Shown in pieces: positions 50,172 through 59,305 of a DNA stretch of 64,000 bases. The DNA is from a virus. Both the position numbers and the translations under genes were made by a program. Within the stretch, counting starts at the first letter, position 1, and the number at the start of each line of letters is the position of its first letter. The notes under the pieces were generated by a model, which worked only from the letters and a program-made list of their open reading frames with translations, was not told the origin of the DNA and ran no database searches. The stretch is from the IMG/VR virus record IMGVR_UViG_3300037010_001275, positions 1 through 64,000 of that record; one strand, 5' to 3'.

Positions 50172-51395
50172 TCAGTCTTCGAACTCTTCGTCCATCGACT
50201 CCTTACCACCGGAAGCTGAGACGTGCTCCTCGTCAGCGTTCTTGGCGTCGATCACTTTGCTGTACTGCTCTGCAACGAACTCCTCAAACTTCTGCGCAAA
50301 CTCCTCATTGGTGCGGTACAATTTAAGGAACTCACGCTGCGTAAAACGAAATTCTTCAGCATTTGGCAGGTAGAAACCTTTCGAACCGCCGCCCTTCAGA
50401 AATCCCTGCTCCTTCAAGAAGTAGACGTTAGTCATCTCGTCGTGGAAGCCACGCTTGAAATGATATACCAACGGCAAGGTCGTGACGTTATAGCCAGAGC
50501 GTGTCTTCAGCAAGCGGCAATTCACAATGCGACCGTAGAAGCCAAAGTCCTTGTCAGCCTTGAACTCCTTACCGGCGGTTAATCTGAACAGGTAGCTTGA
50601 CATGAATACGAACTTGTTGCCACCACTGATATTCTCATCGTCTTCCAGACCCGGCAGCTGCACCTTACGGGGAGCATACGGGTTGATTCGGATCTTGGCA
50701 CCTAAATGACCGACAGCAAGGATCGTGATGTTATATGCCTCGAGGAAGTGCTCAATGGAGGTCAGGAATGCGCCGTTAGACTTAGCAATCTGTGCGGCGA
50801 CCATATTGTTATCGAGGTCCTTGTTCTCTAACAGTTCTTTGGAGCGCATGGTAGACACGGAATCAATGACGATCACGGTCGGCGGGAAGATCTTGATCGG
50901 GTTGCCCTCAAGATCCATCCAATCAACAAGGTCGTTCTTTGACAGAGCACGCTTAGTCTCGACGATGTCGAAAATCATCTTCTTAAGGAACTCGGCTGTC
51001 ATATCTTCGTGGTTGAAAATTGTGAACCGCTCATCGTATTCCTCGTCGGTGATGCCACAAATGTTCTTGATGCGGCTGCGCGGATCGGTGGAGCTGCGCT
51101 CGAAGTCGGCAAGGATGACGTCACCGTTTAAGTCCTTGGTCATCGCGTCAGCAAACTGCAGCATCAGGGTCGTCTTACCGGACTGCGAATGACCAATTGC
51201 CATGTGGATCTTACCCATCGGCAGGCCGATGTTGTAGAAGTTCTCACCGTCCTCGGCGTTGGTAGCCATCGTACCGCCGTTGTAGTCAAGAATCTTAATG
51301 TTGGTCGGCACGAAGACGGTCTCGGAGACGCTACCGACACTCTTCTTGGCGACGGTCTTCTTAGTTTCTTTAATCTTGGCAGAGAGAATACCCAT
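50172..51395 (-). CDS. RecA/UvsX-like recombinase
   Basis: Walker A GHSQSGKTT, DFE, VIVIDSV, GG.K...., K.R. Confidence 0.85.
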   Translation of the reverse strand: MGILSAKIKETKKTVAKKSVGSVSETVFVPTNIKILDYNGGTMATNAEDGENFYNIGLPMGKIHMAIGHSQSGKTTLMLQFADAMTKDLNGDVILADFERSSTDPRSRIKNICGITDEEYDERFTIFNHEDMTAEFLKKMIFDIVETKRALSKNDLVDWMDLEGNPIKIFPPTVIVIDSVSTMRSKELLENKDLDNNMVAAQIAKSNGAFLTSIEHFLEAYNITILAVGHLGAKIRINPYAPRKVQLPGLEDDENISGGNKFVFMSSYLFRLTAGKEFKADKDFGFYGRIVNCRLLKTRSGYNVTTLPLVYHFKRGFHDEMTNVYFLKEQGFLKGGGSKGFYLPNAEEFRFTQREFLKLYRTNEEFAQKFEEFVAEQYSKVIDAKNADEEHVSASGGKESMDEEFED

Positions 51396-51405
51396 TGCAA
51401 TTTCC

Positions 51406-51846
51406 CTAGATGAAGTCTTTGACGGATATGATGGCAGAATGTGCGCCAATCTCGATGAGCGGGCGTGACCAATTCGGGTCGTTCTTGGTGTCGAACACCT
51501 CAATGAAGATCATGAAATTCTCTGAGCTGGCGATATAGTTGGAGTCAAGAATACCGCTCAAGAATGCTCTGGTGAACTCGAGTGGATCAGACACGAGGTC
51601 AAGTGTTACTTCATGATAGCTAGAGAATGCTTGCATTTTGCCGTCGATGATGCCCTTGAATCGATAGCTGAAGCCGAGGTCAACGCCGTCGCGAAGCATT
51701 GCGACAAAATCATTAGCGTTGGCCTCGACCACTTCAATGATAAGGGCAAAGTTGCGCTTTTTCTGTTGATCACGGATACTTGTCGCATCTACGATAGGGG
51801 TAAGAAGAGCATTGAGATCGTTAGCTTCGGTCTTTGAGTCGGACAT
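51406..51846 (-). CDS. Hypothetical protein
   Basis: ORF in replication operon. Confidence 0.6.
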   Translation of the reverse strand: MSDSKTEANDLNALLTPIVDATSIRDQQKKRNFALIIEVVEANANDFVAMLRDGVDLGFSYRFKGIIDGKMQAFSSYHEVTLDLVSDPLEFTRAFLSGILDSNYIASSENFMIFIEVFDTKNDPNWSRPLIEIGAHSAIISVKDFI

Positions 51847-52858
51847 TTTCAGATCCTTTCAGAATGGTTTCGAACTTCTCTAGCGTGATTCTCCCGCCAG
51901 ACGCGGCGTAGTGACCACCACCGTTGAAGTGACATTTTGCGATTTCAGAGACATCGCAGACTCCGTCAGCCCGAGAACGCAGGCCAACTACAATATCGTT
52001 GTTTTTATTGTCGAATGCCCAAATTAACGCAAAATCGAATTTCTCTACAAGGCGATTCCCCAGCTCAGAGGTAAACATCGCATTCGCGTTAAAGACTACC
52101 CCCTTGAACTGCTCAAAGCCGGGAAGCTGTAGCCGTTTAAGTGGCATCGACGAGAGTTGATCGATGTACTGATTGAAAAGCCGGAGTTGGGCGCGACCTT
52201 CCGCGAGGAAGTCGCAGTATCCGGGAAGGCTCCTGGTTTTCCTAAAAAGTTCGTCATAAACATCCAACTTCATCGGGTATGACATCAGGTTCATCATGAA
52301 GGCCCGAGTGTTCTCGTCGTGGAACTTCCAAAGATCACGATCCTCAACATGCTTCACTAGCTTCGGAGGCCGAGTCTTGTAGAAGTAATCCCAAGCGAGG
52401 CCGGCACCGGACATGTCATTGTTCAAGCGGATATCGAGTTTGTCAAGCAGCATCTCGAACTCGAGAGTCTCATCTATGCTCATGCTGTACTCGCTTTGGC
52501 AGCGGGCGATGAACTCGTCGTATCTAATGCGGTTTGCGCAGAAAGCGTCGACCGCCTCAAGCTTCTCCATCGCCGACTTGTGATGATCGAGCATCACAGC
52601 GGAGTTGGCAGCGGCAAGAACGCTCATCAGACCCTTCTTAGGCTCCAGTGAGAAGTCTACGATGTAAACTGCTCGCTCACGCAAACCGTCGAGGAACTCA
52701 GCTTCCTGCGAGTAATCGACGTTGTAGCGCATCGGGGTGATCGTCGTATTGTCATACCCGAGAAAGCGGGATGCAATCCAAGCAGCCGTGAAACCATCGT
52801 GGCAGGGCGAATGGTACAGCACAACATTGTCTTTGTTTTCAGCCTTTTTCTCAGCCAT
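51821..52858 (-). CDS. DHH/DHHA1 phosphoesterase
   Basis: YH..C.DG, IVDFS, LDHH, D.DLW, GGGH..A.G. Confidence 0.9.
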   Translation of the reverse strand: MAEKKAENKDNVVLYHSPCHDGFTAAWIASRFLGYDNTTITPMRYNVDYSQEAEFLDGLRERAVYIVDFSLEPKKGLMSVLAAANSAVMLDHHKSAMEKLEAVDAFCANRIRYDEFIARCQSEYSMSIDETLEFEMLLDKLDIRLNNDMSGAGLAWDYFYKTRPPKLVKHVEDRDLWKFHDENTRAFMMNLMSYPMKLDVYDELFRKTRSLPGYCDFLAEGRAQLRLFNQYIDQLSSMPLKRLQLPGFEQFKGVVFNANAMFTSELGNRLVEKFDFALIWAFDNKNNDIVVGLRSRADGVCDVSEIAKCHFNGGGHYAASGGRITLEKFETILKGSENVRLKDRS

Positions 52859-52928
52859 TTACATCTCCGTATTTGTTAGAAGATCATAGGAGCCTTCGCC
52901 GCGAAAATTGGCGAAGGCTCCTTCAGAA

Positions 52929-53423
52929 TTACGCCGTAAAGGCGAGGTCGTGTACGGCCTTGTCAATCCGGTTATTGTACTCGGACTCAGCGTGGGCCTT
53001 GACGTGGATGTATCGGACTTCCGTCAGGTCATCTTCGACGGAGAGGATCTCCTTAAAGAGGTCTTGGTTGACAACAGGTTGCCCGTTTGTGGCAATCCAT
53101 ATATCACTACCGAAAGCTTTACGCCTCCACTTCGGGATATAAATATTCATCGAATCGACAACCATCTTGCTGTCGGAGTAAACGTCAACGATAACAATCT
53201 CGTTGCTGTCGGCATGGGCGGTTGCCGAACGCAGACCATCGAGGACCGCCTTGATTTCAAGGACGGAGATCGTGGAGCTATCTTCACGGATCGTCTTCTC
53301 TTCGATGATAACATCCTCATCACCATTCTTACAGATCAAAATCCAGCCGTAAGCGCCACGGCCCGTCTTGGTGTCGATGCTACCGTCGGTATATAGCTTG
53401 AAACGGGCCTTACTCTTTTTCAT
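52929..53423 (-). CDS. rnhA: Ribonuclease HI
   Basis: YTDGS, E..A, YSDS, N.DL, HVKAH, N..D. Confidence 0.92.
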   Translation of the reverse strand: MKKSKARFKLYTDGSIDTKTGRGAYGWILICKNGDEDVIIEEKTIREDSSTISVLEIKAVLDGLRSATAHADSNEIVIVDVYSDSKMVVDSMNIYIPKWRRKAFGSDIWIATNGQPVVNQDLFKEILSVEDDLTEVRYIHVKAHAESEYNNRIDKAVHDLAFTA

Positions 53424-53452
53424 TTAACGATTTTTCCAATTTGGTTAATCAG

Positions 53453-53890
53453 TCAAGTGGAGGCTTCGTTGGCAGCTTCCGGAGCGATAATAACCTCAGC
53501 TTGCTGCTGACCGGCGAAGGGGTTAGTGGACATACGGTCAAGGCATTGCGGGATCGTCATGACTTGAGTGTCCCACTGCTTATCAAGGGTTTCGCGCATC
53601 TTGGCATACCAGTCTTCGAGGCGTATCATAGCAAATGGGTAATGGCCCTGTTCAATCACAGTGGAGGGGTGGACGAACGCTTCAAGTTGAGATCCCTTGA
53701 TCCAATCGGCCTTGCCGGTTTTGGCGTCGACCAGCGACTCGTTCTCGACAATGGCAATGAGGGCTTCCTCGGTGTCGGCGCGGAGCACCGGAACGACGCA
53801 CTCAACGTCCGTCTTGAGCTGAAGGGCGAGAACGTACTGCTCGCTCTTGCGGGTGATTTCGGTACCGTTATTGTCGGTGAATTGGGGCAT
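53453..53890 (-). CDS. Hypothetical protein
   Basis: ORF with AAGGA SD. Confidence 0.6.
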   Translation of the reverse strand: MPQFTDNNGTEITRKSEQYVLALQLKTDVECVVPVLRADTEEALIAIVENESLVDAKTGKADWIKGSQLEAFVHPSTVIEQGHYPFAMIRLEDWYAKMRETLDKQWDTQVMTIPQCLDRMSTNPFAGQQQAEVIIAPEAANEAST

Positions 53891-53906
53891 GTGCTTTCCT
53901 TTCGAT

Positions 53907-54929
53907 TTACTTGAGTTTGAATGTCTTCGGAAGGATCAGTTCTTTCCTGACTCCGAAATCCTTCTGACCCTCGTATCGGTTGTAGACCACTCGGATCCTA
54001 TTATACCGCCACTCGGGGAGAATGAACTTATAATCATCGAGGTTGATATCATTGTCGCTATATAGCGACAAGTTGATGTTGAGGAAGCCCATCTTCATGA
54101 GCATGAGCGGGAACAGGTTGAAGCCCTTCCCATTGATCGCGCAAAATACCCGGTTTCGCAATCTCTCTCCATTGAAGAAGTTGCGGTGGATGGAGAGCAC
54201 GTCGAAGAAGCCCTCCGTCATCACAACCTCGATCTCTGGGGCCATCAGGTCCAGCTCTGACCTAATCGTGAAGACCTTACTCCCCTCTCCGTAGGGGTTG
54301 AGGTTTATGGTCTTGAATCGCTTCTTGAAATCGCCAGCGATGAAGCGAAAGCTGGCATGGGAGCTGTCCCGCGATAGCCAACCGAGACCGAACTTATCGA
54401 CCAGCCAGCAGTCCTTTGAGAACTTGTCGTCGTCCAGCATATGGTCAAGCTTATTCAGAATTAGAAAGTCCTCCAGCGAACCAATGACGCGGTACCGCAG
54501 TAGGTCCTCCTTACGGAGGGTGAACCCGAGCCGGTCCTCCATATACTCGAGTTTCTCCTTGAAGCGGCCCTTCAAGTCGTACTTTGGGAACTTCGGATTC
54601 CGGACCTTCAGATAAGCAAGGCTAGAGCTGTGTATCGTCGTGTTGCGCTTGAACTTCTTGATCTCCCGGTGGAACTCCATCGAAAGCTCGTCGTCGTGGA
54701 CGCCGATGTCCTCAAGCACGTTGTCGCCCACAATCCCCGATGCCTCGCACCGCTGACAGAAGAACTTGAAGGGTGGGTCACATGAAATATAGAGGTGCGC
54801 GTGCGATCTGTCTTTCGATGAATCGCCGCAGTAAGGACAACGACAACTCATCTCTGTATTGTTGCTGTTCAAGTACGCTACACGGCCCTCCGCTCGGAGG
54901 GCCTTGTAGAGGTCGTCTACAAGAGACAT
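53907..54929 (-). CDS. DNA primase (zinc finger plus Toprim)
   Basis: CPYCGDS...CQRC, TEGFFD, YSDND, KDFG. Confidence 0.85.
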   Translation of the reverse strand: MSLVDDLYKALRAEGRVAYLNSNNTEMSCRCPYCGDSSKDRSHAHLYISCDPPFKFFCQRCEASGIVGDNVLEDIGVHDDELSMEFHREIKKFKRNTTIHSSSLAYLKVRNPKFPKYDLKGRFKEKLEYMEDRLGFTLRKEDLLRYRVIGSLEDFLILNKLDHMLDDDKFSKDCWLVDKFGLGWLSRDSSHASFRFIAGDFKKRFKTINLNPYGEGSKVFTIRSELDLMAPEIEVVMTEGFFDVLSIHRNFFNGERLRNRVFCAINGKGFNLFPLMLMKMGFLNINLSLYSDNDINLDDYKFILPEWRYNRIRVVYNRYEGQKDFGVRKELILPKTFKLK

Positions 54930-54949
54930 TGGCCCTCCTTTCTCTCAGA

Positions 54950-56440
54950 TTAGTAACGCTCCAAGAAAGATAATATATCCTGGATAATCGTTCTCTGGTT
55001 GGCCTCAGTATCAACGTGCGGCTGTAAGTCCTCCTCGTTCTCGTCAAACGGATTGACACAGGTGAAGTCGGTATTCATGATGTCACCGATAAAGCTGACG
55101 AGCATCTTGTTTTCCGCGAGCTTAGCCTTCACGAGTGGGAAACGGCTCAGCAGGTTGCGGTATGACCGCGACTGTATGACTTCGCCGACCAGCTTGCCCC
55201 GTTTGAAGTTCTTCTGGTTCTCCTTCGGGGCGACATCAGCTGAGATCATGCCTGCGAGGCACTTAAACCCTTTGTCCAGCAGGAACCTCCGTGTGATCAT
55301 CAGGAGCCAGATATACTCCTCCCGGTTGCACAGCTGAATGTTCAACTTGTCCTTACTGTTGACATAGTAGTTGATGATCTTCATCTGCACCATGTTGGGA
55401 GAGATGACCTCCATAAAGTGATCGTGCTCCTCTTCGGAAAAGTAGATCTTGTAACGGTCGATGAAGCTCCGGATTGCTTCCTTCTCGATGATGTAATTCA
55501 TCTCATTAGCGCTGACCAGCCGCATCTCCATCCGCGTGAACGGGTTCACGCTGTTCTCGGTTCCCTCGGTACGAATCTGCGAGATCGGCTTAAAGGTGAT
55601 CTTGATGTTCTGGATAAAAGTGTAGTTGATTTGGCCTTTGATCACGACATGTAGAAAGGACACCACCGACCTGTTGACATCGAGCTTCGGGATCGTGTCA
55701 CGAACGATCTTGCGGAACAGGTCGAGTGCGAGGATCGGTGCGGAGACCGTGATGTTTTTAAGGTACTCCCAAATCACCTTGTCGCTGTATAGTGTGTTCT
55801 CGACGTTGCTGGTAATGAACCGCTGAATCTTACCTGGCAGGTCGACATCATCGCCGTTCTCATCGATGCTGAAGACCTTGAAGATCTCGGTGAAGACCCT
55901 GATTGTGAGGTCCTGCTCCTTTTTCATATCCATCCGCTCCATGTAGAGACAGATGAGCGGAACGACGAGACGACACATGTACGATACACAGATCAGCAAC
56001 TTGGCGTAAGAGTCCTTGAATTGGAGTTCCTCTTCACCACGCTGTGTCTCGATTGAGATCGTGTACTGGCTGTCTACGTAGTCCCGAATGAAGTGCTGTA
56101 GGGTTTCATTGGTAATGATCTCATTCGTGATAATACCAATGAGTTTCTGCTCACTCGCATCACGGTTGTCGATGTTACCTTCTTCACCCTCCTGATCGCA
56201 GATATGCTCAATGCCCTCGATCAGAAGGCGGGAGTGGAGGTAGCTCTCGATGAAGTCCGGGTACTCTCGAAAGACGTGCTTGAGGTCCTCGACGATGCGC
56301 TCCATAATGCTCTGGTAGACGCGTTTCTTATACAGCGGGAAGAAGTTGTGGGTCATGTCATCGTCCATGTCGAAGAGATCATGGAACCGAATATTGAACC
56401 CCTTCTGTTCAATTTCAAAAAGTTTGTTGACGTGTGCCAT
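54950..56440 (-). CDS. Sigma-like promoter-specificity subunit of nvRNAP (AR9 gp226-like)
   Basis: Blocks ELQ..D, TLYSDKVIWEYLKN and PKL..N.SVVSFLHVVIK match recalled AR9 gp226 (TKYSDVVIWTYLKN, PKLKHNSSVISYLDVVIK). Lies two genes from a chaperonin, like gp226/gp228. Confidence 0.8.
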   Translation of the reverse strand: MAHVNKLFEIEQKGFNIRFHDLFDMDDDMTHNFFPLYKKRVYQSIMERIVEDLKHVFREYPDFIESYLHSRLLIEGIEHICDQEGEEGNIDNRDASEQKLIGIITNEIITNETLQHFIRDYVDSQYTISIETQRGEEELQFKDSYAKLLICVSYMCRLVVPLICLYMERMDMKKEQDLTIRVFTEIFKVFSIDENGDDVDLPGKIQRFITSNVENTLYSDKVIWEYLKNITVSAPILALDLFRKIVRDTIPKLDVNRSVVSFLHVVIKGQINYTFIQNIKITFKPISQIRTEGTENSVNPFTRMEMRLVSANEMNYIIEKEAIRSFIDRYKIYFSEEEHDHFMEVISPNMVQMKIINYYVNSKDKLNIQLCNREEYIWLLMITRRFLLDKGFKCLAGMISADVAPKENQKNFKRGKLVGEVIQSRSYRNLLSRFPLVKAKLAENKMLVSFIGDIMNTDFTCVNPFDENEEDLQPHVDTEANQRTIIQDILSFLERY

Positions 56441-56454
56441 TTACTCCCCTTCTG

Positions 56455-57186
56455 TCAATGTTTCTTGGAAGACGATGGCTTCGCCATCGTCGCCGCTCTG
56501 CGGGTTTGCTTTTGCTTGGCTAACTCTCCAGCCCTGGCTGCTTTCGCCGCTTTCTTTTCCTGCTCTTTCTTCTTGGACTGCAGGGACTTCTTGATGGCAT
56601 AGTCGCGTTCAATGTCTTCGAATTCGTGGATCTCTTTTTTGATTGAGACCTTATTCGAGACGTGCAGAATCGGGCCATAGTTCTCGCGCAGGAATAGACG
56701 GTGTTCTTGAATGTAGTAGATCGCGTAAACGATTGACTTCTCGTAGTTTACTGTCTCGTCCGGGTTACGCCGTTTCGGAGGTTCTGACAAGACCTCTTTT
56801 GGGAGCAACGACCTCAAATAGTCGATCAGGAGGCCGCGCTGGTTCATCACGTAGGCATACGTGTACACAAAAGCGAAGTTGTTGCTAAAGACCTTGATGT
56901 TTTTAGTGAGCATGGATGTTTCCATGCCCCCGACGTCCATAAATTCAATGCAGACGTCATAGCGTACTCCCTCCACACTCTCAGAGGGAATGCGGATGTG
57001 CAGCACCACCGAGTCGGAAACGCGGTATGCCGAAGTTTTGAAGTGGTGGTTCGCCTTCAGCAGCGCCCTGTACTTCGCGAACAGGGTGTCGAGGATGGCC
57101 TTCCTTTGTGGGGTAGAAGCCGCGCCGGCCCCAACCGGGTTCTTGAGATACGACTGAATGGTATACTGATAGCTAGTCTCGTTCAT
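56455..57186 (-). CDS. Conserved jumbo-phage hypothetical protein
   Basis: NPVG.G, IPSE....RYDV..EF, FSN..AF.YTYAY, P..RNP. Confidence 0.7.
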   Translation of the reverse strand: MNETSYQYTIQSYLKNPVGAGAASTPQRKAILDTLFAKYRALLKANHHFKTSAYRVSDSVVLHIRIPSESVEGVRYDVCIEFMDVGGMETSMLTKNIKVFSNNFAFVYTYAYVMNQRGLLIDYLRSLLPKEVLSEPPKRRNPDETVNYEKSIVYAIYYIQEHRLFLRENYGPILHVSNKVSIKKEIHEFEDIERDYAIKKSLQSKKKEQEKKAAKAARAGELAKQKQTRRAATMAKPSSSKKH

Positions 57187-57300
57187 ATTGCGTGTCTCTC
57201 GATGCGTGAGCTCGCCATTTTATCACGTCCCTCTCCTTTTTGCAAATGAAAAAGAGTAGACGACTCCTGTGATTGGAGAAGTCTACTCTTTTATCATATA

Positions 57301-58998
57301 TCAACAGCTTACGAATTGGTTGATGCTGATCAGCATACCCATGATGGACACTGACGCCTTGAGGATCTGGATATCGGTGTCGATTGGAGCGAGCACGGTA
57401 GTCTCATCAAGGTTTTCGAATGCTCCGGTTATCACGTTGAAGATCCGATCAGTCTCCTCGATGATTTCGTCACGCATCTTCTCTCCGCGCCAGTCGTATT
57501 CAGGCGACTTAGTCATGATGCAGAAGTAGGTGTCGAAGTAGACGCGACGAAGCTGGAGGAAGATTGTTTTCACGAACTCCTTGCTGAACTGATTGAAGAC
57601 GTAGTCTCCTTCCCAAATGGTATCGAAGCGGTTGCAGAGACGAGTCATCGCGAAGTACAGGTTGACATTACCGCCAAATCCGTAGCCCTTTGCAAGGGCT
57701 GACTTACAGGCCAGCACAGCGTCTTCGACGAGGAAGCGGCGTGCCTTCTTCTCTTCCTCGGTAATGCCACCGACAAGGATCTTCACGGAGACGCCAGATA
57801 GCTTCGAGAGGCGCAGGCGGATTGCGCCGCGCTTCGAAGGCAGGTTGTTCGGCGTCTCATCATACTCCTTCTCAAGCTGCTGAACACGCTCATTGTAGAA
57901 GTCAGTGCCGCGAACCATGCCATCGCCGGACATAAACACGGTCTTTGTACCAAAAAACTCGACCGACTTGCAGGCTCCGAGCTGCTCTGGCTTGAAGGTA
58001 TTCGGGTCACGGATGATGTCAGAGTCAAGGTAGATCGCCGCGTCAAGAAACTCGTCGTGGTAAGCTTCAAGTGACATATCACCGGCGCGGATTAGAAGGA
58101 TCTTGTTGTTACCCTTTAGGAAATCAGACAAACACTCATTGACGGTGTCCTCGTGGGTCTGCTCCACGATTGCCACAATAGCGCGGTCCGGGTTGGCCTT
58201 CTGGATCTCCTTCAGGTTTTCATAGTGCGGCGGGAAGAACTCGTAGCTCATGTATACAAGCGGCTCCTTCACTGCCAGCGTCGAACGACCGACCTGATTG
58301 AAGTACAGGTTGTGGATCGGACCGCGATCGAAGGTGAATCCGTAGCGGATGCTGTGGGTCAGCGGGACGCTGGAGTCGCGGGGATCCTCCTCGATCCTGA
58401 CGTCGGAGAGGAAGTTGAGCTTCTGAAAGATGCCAGCAATGTAATCGCCGATCTTCAAGTCGTTGTTGTTGGAGATGCTGGCGATCGACGTCAGCACACG
58501 CTGCTTGTTGTTGCCGTCGATTTTACGGGCATTGCTCTCAAGATCATCGACAAGATAACCAACGATCCGCTCAAGGATATCAACCAGCTGCTTACGGCTG
58601 CACATGCCTGAGTTACGGAGCGGAGCAAGGTACTCGTACATGAACGATGCTGAAAGCACGGCGCTCGTGGAGCCATCGCCGACGGTTTTGACGAGATTAT
58701 ACGAAACCCGCTTGATCAAGTCATGCAGCGCTTTGTCCTGCGAGTTAGTGAAGCGCAGGTTCTCGAGAATGGTGTAACCGTCCTTTGTGACGGTCGGGGT
58801 TGAGCCGAGTCGCTCGATTAGCGTGTTGGATCCGAGCGGACCATAGCTCTTGGCGAGGACGCCGCAAAGCGCTGCAAGGAACTTGACGGTGTCATTGTAG
58901 AATTGCTGGTCGTCCTTGACAATCCCCTCGAAACGGCTAAGCTCCTCCGTCATTACGATCTCATCGGCTTTTTTCTTTTTGAAAAGATTCTTCAACAT
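57301..58998 (-). CDS. groEL: Phage GroEL-like chaperonin
   Basis: YGP.G, VTKDG.TI, VGDGSTSA, SNND..IG, EDAV.A..SA...G...GG. Confidence 0.9.
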   Translation of the reverse strand: MLKNLFKKKKADEIVMTEELSRFEGIVKDDQQFYNDTVKFLAALCGVLAKSYGPLGSNTLIERLGSTPTVTKDGYTILENLRFTNSQDKALHDLIKRVSYNLVKTVGDGSTSAVLSASFMYEYLAPLRNSGMCSRKQLVDILERIVGYLVDDLESNARKIDGNNKQRVLTSIASISNNNDLKIGDYIAGIFQKLNFLSDVRIEEDPRDSSVPLTHSIRYGFTFDRGPIHNLYFNQVGRSTLAVKEPLVYMSYEFFPPHYENLKEIQKANPDRAIVAIVEQTHEDTVNECLSDFLKGNNKILLIRAGDMSLEAYHDEFLDAAIYLDSDIIRDPNTFKPEQLGACKSVEFFGTKTVFMSGDGMVRGTDFYNERVQQLEKEYDETPNNLPSKRGAIRLRLSKLSGVSVKILVGGITEEEKKARRFLVEDAVLACKSALAKGYGFGGNVNLYFAMTRLCNRFDTIWEGDYVFNQFSKEFVKTIFLQLRRVYFDTYFCIMTKSPEYDWRGEKMRDEIIEETDRIFNVITGAFENLDETTVLAPIDTDIQILKASVSIMGMLISINQFVSC

Positions 58999-59022
58999 TG
59001 TGCGGATCCTATATCCTTTTCC

Positions 59023-59305
59023 CTATTTCTTTTTCTGAGCGGTAGCGGCCTGCGACTTGATTCGCTCCATCTCCCGCTCCTCGATTTTCCTCTTGTCTTC
59101 GAGAAACTTCGCCCGACCATTGTACAGGTCAGTTAGCAAGGGAAGCTCGATCGTCATAACGTCTTCAAGGGTTAGCTGGCCTTTGAAGATGTCCAGTGTC
59201 GCTGCGATCTGGTACATAACCTGATCGAGCGACCGTTGGACTACGTTACCGGGGCGAATCTCGATGAGCTTAATCAGGCCCTTACCATACTTAGAAAAAG
59301 GGTTT
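59023..59305 (-). CDS. Small chaperone partner ORF, probably reached by -1 frameshift
   Basis: Frame is open from AAC CCT TTT (59305) through the ATG at 59217 to the stop. Confidence 0.65.
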
